Below are positions 1 through 9,472 of a stretch of DNA of 64,000 nucleotides, piece after piece; positions within the stretch are counted from its first letter, which is position 1, and every line of letters starts with the position of its first letter. Where the stretch lies: positions 224,001 through 288,000 of the IMG/VR virus record IMGVR_UViG_3300037067_004891; one strand, given 5' to 3'. The position numbers were made by a program, and so were the translations under genes. This DNA comes from a virus (lineage: Duplodnaviria; Caudoviricetes). The notes under the pieces were generated by a model. That model was not told the DNA's origin, made no database searches, and was given only the letters and a program-made list of their open reading frames with translations.

Positions 1-1870
1 TGTTTAATGTCATTATAAATCCACTATATAACTCGAAGTTTTTATTATTCATCAATCTTGCAACATCATAATCTGCAAACACCAACTTATGTGTATTACC
101 AGTATTTGTTGGTATAGTATTTATATCATAAACGATCCTATGTTTTAAAATATAAGAATGTCTCACATCAAACACTTTCTGTTCGCCTGAAATAGGAAAT
201 ATATCATATGAATTTGGTAATAAAAAAAATTGTTTGTTTTTATTTATTGTACCAAGTTTGACATATGCTTTGAATCTGTCTGATTTTTCTCTATCTGATA
301 AATAATTACTTAATAAAAAAAATCTTTTTTCATTAACAATATAAATATCATTTTCAAATATATTCGTTTGATCTTTCAGTAAAACTAAATGATTTTGTTT
401 TAAAACAACATCATCAATTTTGAATTGTGGTTGAGTCAAATCAATATTTCCTACTGATGCAACATCAACTTGTATATAATTTTTAATAAATTTGTTCATA
501 ATTTCATACTCATTATACATGTTAAATAAAGAATTTGAGTCATCATTTGTTAAAACACCAAATCTATAAACATCACTAAGATTATCAACATAAGTAAATG
601 ATATACCTGATATACATTTTTGTAATCTAAAATATACATCAGTTAAATCATCAACATTCCACAATTGTTCTCTATCAATTCTTGTTATTTCACCACCTAT
701 TAATGTATCATAATATTCTACTTCATAATTAAATTTCCATAAACCAAACTGATTTCCAATATACAGTAATTCGTATTCATCAAATGTGGTAATTATGCTC
801 AAATTATTTGAAGGCAAATTATTGCCGTATGTTACACCCGAAATATTGTTAAATATTTTACCTTCACCATTAACCAAATTATAAGACCATATACCATTTG
901 TAGTAGATGAAACATATAATTTGTTTTTTATTTCATTTTTATATATTTTTAAAACAGGATCATTTGGGATTTCCACACCATTCGTTGTAAAAGGTATTGC
1001 AGCCGATAAATGATCTCCCACATCATATGTTGTATCATATTGATAAATTCCATTGTCCAACAAACCAGCATACATAATTTCGTTGATATTATCAAAATAT
1101 ACTGTTCTGGTTGTTCCAGTAGGATATTGATCACCAGAACTCGGAGTGAATAAGCTGTCATATAAAAAACCTTCGTTGTTTGATCTTTTCCATCTCCAAA
1201 TACCAAGTGGTGTTGCTACATATAAAATTTCCAATCGTTTGTTTATCACTATTTGATAAATAGTATCACTTGGTAAATTAACACCATATATTACTGAAGT
1301 AGAAGTGTTCACCAATTTACCACTATCTATTGTAGTATTCCATTCCCAAAATCCAAGTGCTTGATAACCAAAATAAAATATAACGTGATTTAAACTATTT
1401 CTATAATAATTAATATTACAAACATTATAAGTAAAACCTGAAGGTGGAGAATTTCCAGTTGTTGGTATATAATTTTCATTGATTATCCACCCTTTATCTA
1501 TAGTCATATTCCATTTCCATATTCCATCAGCAGTAGTGGCATATAAAATATTATTATATTCATCAATAGATATAGCAAAAATATCATTCGAAGTTAGTCC
1601 ACTACCCTCAAGTGGTATGTATGTGGTATCAATAGTAGTTCCACTATTCAAAAGTTTATTAAATATATATATTCCAGCAGATGTGGCAATATAAATTTCA
1701 TCACCCTTAATATATAAATCCAATATATTATCAGAAGGTATATTTATTTGAATATCTGCGCCAATAGTATTATTGAGTATAACACCAGTTTCTTTCAAAT
1801 TTAAAATTTCTTTACTAATATATTTTGGATTCTGAGTCCACTCATATTTAGGATTCCATATATCTCTCAT
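1..1870 (-). CDS. Large virion structural protein, runs off the window edge (beta-propeller-like N-terminus)
   Basis: ATG at 1870 (MRDIWNPKYEWTQNPK...). The frame appears open to the edge, so it is absent from the ORF track. Propeller-like segments (DEIYIATSAGIYIF, NILYATTADGIWKW); TAATATATA motif upstream. Confidence 0.6.
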   Translation of the reverse strand, partial: MRDIWNPKYEWTQNPKYISKEILNLKETGVILNNTIGADIQINIPSDNILDLYIKGDEIYIATSAGIYIFNKLLNSGTTIDTTYIPLEGSGLTSNDIFAISIDEYNNILYATTADGIWKWNMTIDKGWIINENYIPTTGNSPPSGFTYNVCNINYYRNSLNHVIFYFGYQALGFWEWNTTIDSGKLVNTSTSVIYGVNLPSDTIYQIVINKRLEILYVATPLGIWRWKRSNNEGFLYDSLFTPSSGDQYPTGTTRTVYFDNINEIMYAGLLDNGIYQYDTTYDVGDHLSAAIPFTTNGVEIPNDPVLKIYKNEIKNKLYVSSTTNGIWSYNLVNGEGKIFNNISGVTYGNNLPSNNLSIITTFDEYELLYIGNQFGLWKFNYEVEYYDTLIGGEITRIDREQLWNVDDLTDVYFRLQKCISGISFTYVDNLSDVYRFGVLTNDDSNSLFNMYNEYEIMNKFIKNYIQVDVASVGNIDLTQPQFKIDDVVLKQNHLVLLKDQTNIFENDIYIVNEKRFFLLSNYLSDREKSDRFKAYVKLGTINKNKQFFLLPNSYDIFPISGEQKVFDVRHSYILKHRIVYDINTIPTNTGNTHKLVFADYDVARLMNNKNFELYSGFIMTLN

Positions 1871-2005
1871 GAATAATAAAAATATTTTTATAAATAATTT
1901 CCTTCTGTATATATTAAAAAAATATCTACAAAGAATTTGTAATTCAAAATTTAATAAATAAAACAAATTGTAATTAAAAATATATAAGATTAAAAAGTTT
2001 TTATA

Positions 2006-2218
2006 ATGGATGATCAAAGAATAAAATATCAAAACTATAAAATAAAAAAATCTTTTAAGATATTTGATTTTTTAAAAATCTTGAATAAAAATAAGATTAA
2101 AATAATATTGATAGTTCTAATAATAACAATATTATTATTTCCTACTTTCTATGGACAAATAACTGGCAATTTTATAAACAAACTAATTACAGCGTTTACA
2201 AATCAAATATCATTTTAA
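2006..2218 (+). CDS. Small membrane protein
   Basis: One hydrophobic segment, IILIVLIITILLFPTFY. Confidence 0.55.
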   Translation: MDDQRIKYQNYKIKKSFKIFDFLKILNKNKIKIILIVLIITILLFPTFYGQITGNFINKLITAFTNQISF

Positions 2219-2503
2219 ATGAGTATCGAAAAGGTGTATATTGAAAAATATAAATTAGATGAGTGGTTTTTTGACGATTATCAAGATAAACAATTAAAAA
2301 TAAGATTTTCAGATAGAATAGAATATAAATTAAATGGTGTGTATCACAATATTTATGATGCTGCTATAAAATTTCTCAGTAATTCTGGAATAGACCAATT
2401 TTATATTCACGGTAAACATTTTAAAGATAAAGTGGAATGGGAGTCTGAAGCTATTAAATTATCAAGAAAAAGTAAAATAAGAAATTTATTTAAAGAAGAA
2501 TAA
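2219..2503 (+). CDS. Hypothetical protein with C-terminal RxxKIxxL tag
   Basis: NGVYHNIYDAAI...FYIHGK resembles phage 'G.LHR.DGPA..WY..G' proteins; ends RKSKIRNLFKEE. Confidence 0.65.
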   Translation: MSIEKVYIEKYKLDEWFFDDYQDKQLKIRFSDRIEYKLNGVYHNIYDAAIKFLSNSGIDQFYIHGKHFKDKVEWESEAIKLSRKSKIRNLFKEE

Positions 2504-2605
2504 TTTTTTATTAAAAACAATTGGAAATATATTTTATTTGTTTATATTTACCTGTTTTTTATCTAAATAAAAATTAAAATATTTTTAAATACAACCTTAC
2601 AAAAA

Positions 2606-2956
2606 ATGAATGCTGGTATTTTTTCAAAATCACCATTGGCAACTACAAATTACAGCCAATTTCAAAAAGTAGACGAAATCACCTTTAAGAAAAGTGGAAT
2701 TAAGTATTCAGATCAATTAAAAAAAGAACAAAAGGTTCTAAAAGCCTTAATTACCGAAAAATTCCCAAATTTTATCAATGACAATCTTGTAGCTTTAAAA
2801 AAAGTCACAAACCAATTGTGTTCTATTAATGAAGATGACTATAAATTTGTAGACTTGAATTCATTTGAATATCAAAAGTTGATCACAAAGGAAATTTTTA
2901 TTTTGGTTGGTAAAGTAAAGGACATGAAAGAATTTTTTGAAAATGTTAATGTTTAA
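2606..2956 (+). CDS. Hypothetical protein
   Basis: 116-aa ORF whose stop abuts a tnpB right end. Confidence 0.6.
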   Translation: MNAGIFSKSPLATTNYSQFQKVDEITFKKSGIKYSDQLKKEQKVLKALITEKFPNFINDNLVALKKVTNQLCSINEDDYKFVDLNSFEYQKLITKEIFILVGKVKDMKEFFENVNV

Positions 2957-3234
2957 GTGAACTACCCACCCACGCCAAAGGCGATAGGATGGGCTTCGGG
3001 TTTCATAGAGCGTGCTTTGTTGCCAAAGTCTGATTTACTCTCCACCTTTGTAATGGACAGTTCCTGCCCATATATTTTTAATCCTTCTTTTAGAATGTTC
3101 TTTGCAGCATTAAGGTCACGGTCTAATACGTGTCCGTTTTTGCAAGTCCATTCTCTTATTGAAAGATTTAAGTCTTGATTTATCCAACCACATTCACAAC
3201 AGGTTTTACTTGATGGATACCAACGATTGTTCAT
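2957..3234 (-). pseudogene. tnpB: 5'-truncated tnpB (zinc finger + RuvC III) with IS200/IS605-type right end
   Basis: [13 protein letters not shown]...[21 protein letters not shown], then a hairpin ending ...gggtagttcac at 2957. The N-terminal ~280 aa are missing. Confidence 0.85.
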
Positions 3235-3239
3235 TTAAT

Positions 3240-4470
3240 TAATATTTAGATTCCAAATATATAATAAATACATTATATTTGCAACGTGGTTATAATAAAA
3301 ACATATAAACAGAAATTATATAAGTGTGAAAACAAAACTCAACACTTAAATGATCTTTTATACGTTGCCAAAGATGTTTATAATCATTGCATTGCGCTAC
3401 ATAAACGCTATTATAAATTATATAATAAATCACTGAATATATTTCAATTGCAAAAACATATCACAAAGATTAAAAAAACACATAAAAAGCATTGGTATAA
3501 ACTTAATTCTCAGTCTATTCAAGAAATAACGGAACGGATTGATAAGTCTTATAAATTATTCTTTCAGGAACGCAAACGTGGAAATAAAGAAATTAGTTTG
3601 CCAAAATTCAAAAGTTTCAGGAAATATAAGTCAATAACATATAAGACATCAGGTTATCAATACTTTCAGAATTCAATAATTATTCAAAATAGGACATACA
3701 AACTTTTTAAAGACAGACAAATAATTGGTAAAATTAAGACCATCACGGTGAAAAAAGATAGCATTGGTGACTGGTTTATTTGCGTTTCAGTACAGGAAAA
3801 TATTGAGCCAAGCCTTCAAAGAACTGGTAAAACAGTCGGGTTGGATTTTGGCTTGAAAACATTTCTGACTACATCGGACAGTGAAAAAAAAGAAAGCCCA
3901 GAATTCCTGAAATCTGACATGGCCAAATATCGAAAACTTTCAAAAAGTTTATCGAAAAAGGTCAAAGGCAGCAAAAACAGGAGAAAAGCAAGATTGTCAT
4001 TATGCCGTTTTCACGCTAAAATCACAAATAAACGTGATGATTGGCAATGGAAATTAGCCCGTGAATTGGTTGCGAAATATGATATTATAAGTGTTGAAAC
4101 GCTTAATATTAAAGCCATGCAGCGTTTGTGGGGAAGAAAAATAAGTGATCTTGCAATATCAAGTTTTTATTCCAAATTGGAATATCTCTGTAAAATTGAG
4201 GACAAAAAATTCGTCCAAATCGACAGATGGTATCCAAGTTCAAAAACATGTCATTGCTGTGGGCATATTTTAAAAGAATTGTCGCTAAGTCAAAGAACTT
4301 GGATTTGTCCGAAGTGTAATGTTGTCCATGATCGGGATGAAAACGCAGCAAAAAACATTGAAATGGTTGGGACATCGACCATTCGTTTAGCAGATGTAAG
4401 ACTTCATGCAAATGAAGCTGTCTGTGCTTGAGGCGAGAACCTCCCTGCCTTCAGGCGGGAGAGTATGTCA
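3240..4470 (+). mobile_element. IS1341/IS605-like tnpB-only element (left end approximate)
   Basis: Right-end hairpin ctccctgccttcaggcgggag (4441-4461), then terminal tatgtca (4470). It cuts off the adjacent minus-strand gene. Confidence 0.75.
3286..4431 (+). CDS. tnpB: TnpB RNA-guided endonuclease (IS200/IS605, no tnpA)
   Basis: RuvC I GLDFG, RuvC II SVETL, zinc finger CHCC/CPKC, RuvC III DRDENAA; catalytic residues intact. Confidence 0.95.
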   Translation: MVIIKTYKQKLYKCENKTQHLNDLLYVAKDVYNHCIALHKRYYKLYNKSLNIFQLQKHITKIKKTHKKHWYKLNSQSIQEITERIDKSYKLFFQERKRGNKEISLPKFKSFRKYKSITYKTSGYQYFQNSIIIQNRTYKLFKDRQIIGKIKTITVKKDSIGDWFICVSVQENIEPSLQRTGKTVGLDFGLKTFLTTSDSEKKESPEFLKSDMAKYRKLSKSLSKKVKGSKNRRKARLSLCRFHAKITNKRDDWQWKLARELVAKYDIISVETLNIKAMQRLWGRKISDLAISSFYSKLEYLCKIEDKKFVQIDRWYPSSKTCHCCGHILKELSLSQRTWICPKCNVVHDRDENAAKNIEMVGTSTIRLADVRLHANEAVCA

Positions 4471-4727
4471 GTTTTATATGAAAAGGGTCTCATCTTATAT
4501 TTATTTGATAATGCGCCACCATCTAATTCTAATTTAAAAACAGAAGTAGAAGAATCACCCAAGTATTCACCCATCATTTTGTCTCTGGTTGTTGATATAT
4601 TTGAAAAATATTTAGATGAAATTTTATTATGCTTTAAAATATAAAATATTTTTTCAATATCAATTATATGATAAAGACTACCAATATTTTTATACTCATT
4701 TAAGAATGAATAAAAATTTCTAAGCAT
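4471..4727 (-). pseudogene. CTS-tagged ART-like gene truncated by the tnpB element; paralog of 21173..21757
   Basis: MLRNFYSFLNEY...LYH...ISTTRD...LSNKYKMRPF parallels YHYTS...VSFSRN...LKNNYKIKPF. The last 21 aa of the track ORF come from the IS end. Confidence 0.7.
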
Positions 4728-5211
4728 TGCAATAACGTTTTATTTTATTCAAATCGTGTTTTAACAATTCTACCAATCCAAAATGTTTAGGTTTTATTTT
4801 AATTAGCTCGTCAAACGTTATCCATTTATAACTTTCAGTCTCCCAGTTTAATTCGGGTTCGAATTCTTCATCTATTAAACCTATAAAATTGAAATATTTA
4901 AAAGTCTTTGTGGGTGTTTCAAATATATATGCAGGTATTAGTTTGATATCACCACTGTATCCAGCTTCTTCTGTAAATTCTCTTTTAACAACATCCATAA
5001 TATCATCTTCAGTTTGACCGTATTCTTCATCTATCTTACCACCCCAAACTCCAAAACATTGAGACTCTAAGACATAAGCTGACCTAAAGGGAAGTAATAT
5101 TCTATTTGTTGAGGTACATATCGGTAACACTCCACCACCTACATTTCCCCAAAAATTATCACCAGCGTCATTATAACCATATTCTTCAAGAAATTTTTTA
5201 TAACTTTTCAT
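4720..5211 (-). CDS. Nudix hydrolase with CTS-like leader
   Basis: Nudix box GGKIDE...VKREFTEEAG (with an insertion); leader MKSYKKFLEE. Confidence 0.85.
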   Translation of the reverse strand: MKSYKKFLEEYGYNDAGDNFWGNVGGGVLPICTSTNRILLPFRSAYVLESQCFGVWGGKIDEEYGQTEDDIMDVVKREFTEEAGYSGDIKLIPAYIFETPTKTFKYFNFIGLIDEEFEPELNWETESYKWITFDELIKIKPKHFGLVELLKHDLNKIKRYCNA

Positions 5212-5213
5212 AT

Positions 5214-5720
5214 TTAATTCAATAAATTTTTATTGATATTTTCATCATAAAACACTTCTTCTATTAAGCCATCAAATTCATAATGTAAATCATACTCAAC
5301 TGGGTCAAATTCTTCACCATCATCAGTTATAAATTTATAGTCGGATTGCTCTGTTTCTTTATCTCTAACTATATATCCTTTGTATATTTTATATCTAAAA
5401 TGTATTTCACCAACATAAGCTACTGAATCATCTTCATCAGACATATTCTTCAACAAGAAACATATTTCTTTTGTTGAATCATAATATTTTTTGTTAATTA
5501 TATTTTCACCATTAAAAATGGAATTTTCAGAAGGTTCTTCCTCATCATTTTTTAAAATTTTCTGAACTTCGGGAGATTTAACATCTTCTATGTTTTTTAA
5601 TTGATTTTTTTCCTCTGGGGATAACGAGTTCATACCACTTTTAGAAATTTTATCTAATAAATTATCAAGTACTTTTGTTTGATAACTTGAATATTCTTCA
5701 AATAATAATAAAAATTTCAT
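5214..5720 (-). CDS. CTS-tagged hypothetical protein
   Basis: Likely start MKFLLLFEEY at 5720; contains LDNLLDKISKSGMNSLSPEEK (DUF6576-like helix). Confidence 0.65.
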   Translation of the reverse strand: MKFLLLFEEYSSYQTKVLDNLLDKISKSGMNSLSPEEKNQLKNIEDVKSPEVQKILKNDEEEPSENSIFNGENIINKKYYDSTKEICFLLKNMSDEDDSVAYVGEIHFRYKIYKGYIVRDKETEQSDYKFITDDGEEFDPVEYDLHYEFDGLIEEVFYDENINKNLLN

Positions 5721-5814
5721 TTTATATGTTTTATTTTTCATTATATATTAAATTATATTTTTCTAATAATGAACATTCAAATTTAAATATATAGATAAAA
5801 ATAGATAAACAACT

Positions 5815-6441
5815 ATGAATGATAGTGATTCAATAAACCAAGAAAAAAATAGAATCAGAGATAGTATAGAGATATTAGAACAGGAAATAACTGAAATAAA
5901 CATCGATCCAGATAATTTCTTTCCTGATGAAGTTCCAGGGCTTAATCTGAACATCACCCAATTTGATTATAAAGGTGAAATAGATAAAATACGAGAGGAA
6001 TGTCAAGAAACACTAAATTGTTTATCGAGCCTCTATCTCACCGATGAAATAGTAAGTAGGAAAAATGTCAACAATATAATTCAAAACGATGCACTGTCAT
6101 TGTGTGATTTAAAATTTTCAATGGCGATGTCCAAAAGAGCTTTAATTAATTTAATGGAACAAATTGATAGTGGTGTTAACCATCCTGAAATGTATGAAGC
6201 AGTTGGAACTTTTCAAAAAGAAATCCGTGATAGTATTAAAATGTTATATGATATACAAAAACGAATGAAAGAATTCTACAAAGAATTAAAAGATGAATTA
6301 TTAAATATCAATACTGGTGAAGAAACAGCTCCTGATATAGAACAACATGATAAAGTGAAAATCTTTGACCTTAGACTTATAAATAAAGAACTTGATGATT
6401 ATAAAGACTCGGCAAATGATAAGAAAAGAAAAAATAGTTAA
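5815..6441 (+). CDS. Putative terminase small subunit (T4 gp16-like)
   Basis: HPEMYEAVGTFQKEIRDSIKMLYDIQKRMKE resembles the gp16 PRAYEV...L.DLQKKMK helix. Confidence 0.5.
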   Translation: MNDSDSINQEKNRIRDSIEILEQEITEINIDPDNFFPDEVPGLNLNITQFDYKGEIDKIREECQETLNCLSSLYLTDEIVSRKNVNNIIQNDALSLCDLKFSMAMSKRALINLMEQIDSGVNHPEMYEAVGTFQKEIRDSIKMLYDIQKRMKEFYKELKDELLNINTGEETAPDIEQHDKVKIFDLRLINKELDDYKDSANDKKRKNS

Positions 6442-6618
6442 GTTTTTGTAAGAAAATATTTATTTTCAGAAAAAGACATTTTCCAATTAGATGGTAATAA
6501 CGTTTGTAAAGTTTTAATCTTTGTATATTTTTTTCTTTATCTCCAGTGAAACTAAATACAAATACTTTAAAAATATCATCAATTGTAATATTGACTTTCG
6601 AAAGTCAATATTTTCATG

Positions 6619-7227
6619 TTATTTAGATAATAATTTTATTAAATCATTTTTAATAATAGCTTTCAAAATAGGTGTTAAATTGGACACCACGACATATTCA
6701 TTAGTACCATCAACTGATAAATCTTCATTTAAATGCTTTTTAATAGAATCTAATGATTTATAATGTGTGATAACACCTTCTACTAATTCTTTTAAATTGA
6801 ATCCTTCTTTTGGATTATATTTAACAACTTGTAGTGTACTTTCGTTTCTATCCATTAAGAAATACCACAACTTCTTATTATCAATTTTAGCAGTTTCTAA
6901 AAAAAGAAAGGCATCTTGGGCTTTTATAACCTTTTCGAAAACAGCTATTTTATTTACGAATTTAATATTATTGAATAAATTTTCCAAATTGATGTTTGTA
7001 TTTTCTTTTTTTAAAGTCGGTTTAACTATTGTTGGTTTTTTTATTTCTGGTTTATCAATAGTAGCCCTATTAATACCAAAAGCATCATTTCTTTTTACCC
7101 TTGGTTCACTTACCTTTTTAACTTCTGCTTTAGGTTCACTAACTTTAGGTTCTTTTACAACAGGTTCTTTTAAAGAATGACTTTCTGTTGTCTTTTTAAA
7201 ATCGTTGAAACTTTTAATTATAGCCAA
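6619..7227 (-). CDS. Hypothetical protein, paralog of 55340..55717, with CTS-like leader
   Basis: Shared WY...KYN.KEGF.L...DLIKLL core; leader MAIIKSFNDF; KEP-rich linker. Confidence 0.7.
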   Translation of the reverse strand: MAIIKSFNDFKKTTESHSLKEPVVKEPKVSEPKAEVKKVSEPRVKRNDAFGINRATIDKPEIKKPTIVKPTLKKENTNINLENLFNNIKFVNKIAVFEKVIKAQDAFLFLETAKIDNKKLWYFLMDRNESTLQVVKYNPKEGFNLKELVEGVITHYKSLDSIKKHLNEDLSVDGTNEYVVVSNLTPILKAIIKNDLIKLLSK

Positions 7228-7281
7228 AATATCAATTTTATTTTTTAGTATATATTTATATTTAAAAGTCGTTTTTAATAC

Positions 7282-7318
7282 AAAAAATCAACGAAACGTT
7301 CAATTTCGTTGATTTTTT
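7282..7318. terminator. Intrinsic terminator hairpin
   Basis: aaaaaatcaacgaaa-cgttcaa-tttcgttgatttttt. Confidence 0.7.
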
Positions 7319-7399
7319 GTATTTTTAATGGTTTTTTATTAAAATCTACTAATAAAATACCGCTAAACTAAATATTTAGCTGTTTTCTTGTAAGTTTTC

Positions 7400-7882
7400 T
7401 TAAATTTCTTGCGTACCTGTTTCTTGTGCTGGTATTTCTTGAACAGTTTGTTGTGTTTGCGATGTTGGTTGCGATGTTGGTTGCGATGTTGGTTGCGATG
7501 GTGTTTGGGTCTGAGCTTGTGGCTGTGTTTGAGGCTGTGACTGTGTTTGAGTTGGCTGTGTTTGACTACCTTGTATATCATCAGTAACTTCAACATTGCC
7601 AGATTCATCACCAAGAACTATACTACTTGGAAGATTATCTATAATCATATTATTTTCAACGCAATATTTTAATATTCTGTATGCAACATCAGAATCGCTC
7701 ATCATTTCACGAAGATTTCTTTGAGTTTCATCTTTTACTTTTTTGATATAAGCATTTACTAATGATACAGGAATTTCAATATCACTAAGTACATAAGCAT
7801 TACCAATTTTTATAACACCTTCGTTCAATTTTGAACCGTGTTTCTTATCTTTAAAGTCATTAAATCCTGTTAAGTTTTCCAT
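7400..7882 (-). CDS. Hypothetical (possible head/core) protein with a Q/P/T-rich tail
   Basis: Leader MENLTGFNDF...LNE; low-complexity SQPT repeats. Confidence 0.65.
   Translation of the reverse strand: MENLTGFNDFKDKKHGSKLNEGVIKIGNAYVLSDIEIPVSLVNAYIKKVKDETQRNLREMMSDSDVAYRILKYCVENNMIIDNLPSSIVLGDESGNVEVTDDIQGSQTQPTQTQSQPQTQPQAQTQTPSQPTSQPTSQPTSQTQQTVQEIPAQETGTQEI
7459..7500. repeat. 12-bp coding tandem repeat (gcgatgttggtt)x3.5
   Basis: Visible directly; encodes the PTSQ repeats of 7400..7882. Confidence 0.85.
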
Positions 7883-7917
7883 AATTTGTTTTTATATTTT
7901 TTATTTATATATTAATT

Positions 7918-8739
7918 TTAAATAATCATTTTTTTAAACATTTTTATATTATAAGTATTATTTACATCATATTCACACTTTGAAATTCTAAACCATGTGA
8001 AGTTTTTATATTTTTCGATTTTGCCTCTTGCACATAATTTAATATTACTAATACTAAATCCATCTTTCGTAGCATCATTTATAGACGTATATATTTTTTG
8101 TAAATTTTCATCTTTAAACATAAAATAGACAAATAATCTATTACTTTTATATTCTTTCGTAATATAATCATAGCTCCCGTTTCTCATAGATGCCATTACT
8201 ACATTTGGATATTTTTTTCTAAAGTCCATTTTATCTTTACATTTCAAAGCATATTTTTCACATTCATCAGATGTCCATTTAATTTTATTTCCACCTAATC
8301 CACCCGTTTTCGCTTTATTCAACACAACAAAAAATTTGGATAAAAAATTCACATATTCAAATTCTTCAATTGTAGCATCATCAACTGGTATATAATCAGT
8401 TAATTTTAAAAATTTTGGTATTAAACTTGTTTCTATCATATGAGTTTTAACCGCAGAATATTTTATATTATTTAGATGGTCATTAATTCTTTTTTCATAA
8501 TTATATGTCAAACCAACATAAACATGATTATCTGGAAATATTGCACAATATATCATTCTCTTTTTTAAATTTCCAACAGGTTTCATATGAGAACATATTT
8601 CATCTATCCATTCATTAGAACGAGATTTATTATATGCACCACTAAATCTGTTACTAAATTCTAATCTACTATTACATTTTAATGCAGCTTCTCGGCAATT
8701 TCCCTTATTATTCCAATAACCATATGGAAAATATCTCAT
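7918..8739 (-). CDS. GIY-YIG homing endonuclease with helical repeats and a NUMOD1-like tail
   Basis: MIYCAIFPDNHVYVGLT...R...H...E...LN; C-terminal YTSINDATKDG...SNIKLCARG. Confidence 0.8.
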   Translation of the reverse strand: MRYFPYGYWNNKGNCREAALKCNSRLEFSNRFSGAYNKSRSNEWIDEICSHMKPVGNLKKRMIYCAIFPDNHVYVGLTYNYEKRINDHLNNIKYSAVKTHMIETSLIPKFLKLTDYIPVDDATIEEFEYVNFLSKFFVVLNKAKTGGLGGNKIKWTSDECEKYALKCKDKMDFRKKYPNVVMASMRNGSYDYITKEYKSNRLFVYFMFKDENLQKIYTSINDATKDGFSISNIKLCARGKIEKYKNFTWFRISKCEYDVNNTYNIKMFKKMII

Positions 8740-8798
8740 AATTATTTACAATTTAATTTTAGATTATATATTAATTATTGAGTGTTTTCTATTTAAAA

Positions 8799-9434
8799 TT
8801 ATTTTTCTTTCAAAACATCATGTTTAACAATATATTTTAACTTATGAATATATTTTTCATCTTTTGCATATCCAATTCTTCTCAAAAATTTATAATAATC
8901 CTCATCATATTTATAATATCTATCTTGCCAGATTTTATAATCTTCAATACTTTCAATATAATTATTATAAATTGCATGACTTTTATAAATTCCAATACAT
9001 TTTCTACCATTTTTATTATTAGGAAGCTTCATTCCGAATAAATTATGATTATATCGGCTCACTTCTGATGTCAAATAATTTGTTTCTAATAAAATCTGCC
9101 CTTTAACTATTTCTGAATGTTTTATTTGGTAATAATCTGCCCAATAACAAACATTGTCCCAGTTAAATTTATATAAATTTTTATTAAATTCTAATTGATT
9201 ATATAAATATGTTGTTAAAGAATCTTGTAAATGTTTAAGGTAAGTAATTGAATCTGATGATGTTTTTATTTGATTTTGATAATTTTGAAGAACTTGAATA
9301 TTTTGATTAATTATATTTTTATTTTTATTTGTTTCTGTTTTTATATCAAAATACATATAACATATTAATATAGTCAAGGATAACAAGATGATTATTATAA
9401 AATAATAGGGATAAAATTTTTTTTCTACTTTCAT
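8799..9434 (-). CDS. Membrane-anchored glucosaminidase (GH73-like) muralytic enzyme
   Basis: N-terminal TM segment; QILLET...HNLFGMK...ESIEDY...GYAKDEKY. Confidence 0.8.
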   Translation of the reverse strand: MKVEKKFYPYYFIIIILLSLTILICYMYFDIKTETNKNKNIINQNIQVLQNYQNQIKTSSDSITYLKHLQDSLTTYLYNQLEFNKNLYKFNWDNVCYWADYYQIKHSEIVKGQILLETNYLTSEVSRYNHNLFGMKLPNNKNGRKCIGIYKSHAIYNNYIESIEDYKIWQDRYYKYDEDYYKFLRRIGYAKDEKYIHKLKYIVKHDVLKEK

Positions 9435-9472
9435 GCTTTATTTTTAAGCATATATATTAAGTGGAATTTTTT

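Noticed and set aside
949-1694. Short track ORFs 949..1206 and 1479..1694, and similar antisense ORFs (6767, 11286, 12260, 13136, 49098 etc.)
   Set aside because: They are shadows of longer, better-supported genes.
3286-4431. TnpB as Cas12f or catalytically dead TldR
   Set aside because: No CRISPR array is nearby, the RuvC D/E/D residues are intact, and an IS-type right end is present. The same applies to 49904..51184.
7459-7500. Tandem repeat as a mini-array or origin
   Set aside because: It is an in-frame 12-bp coding repeat with no spacers.
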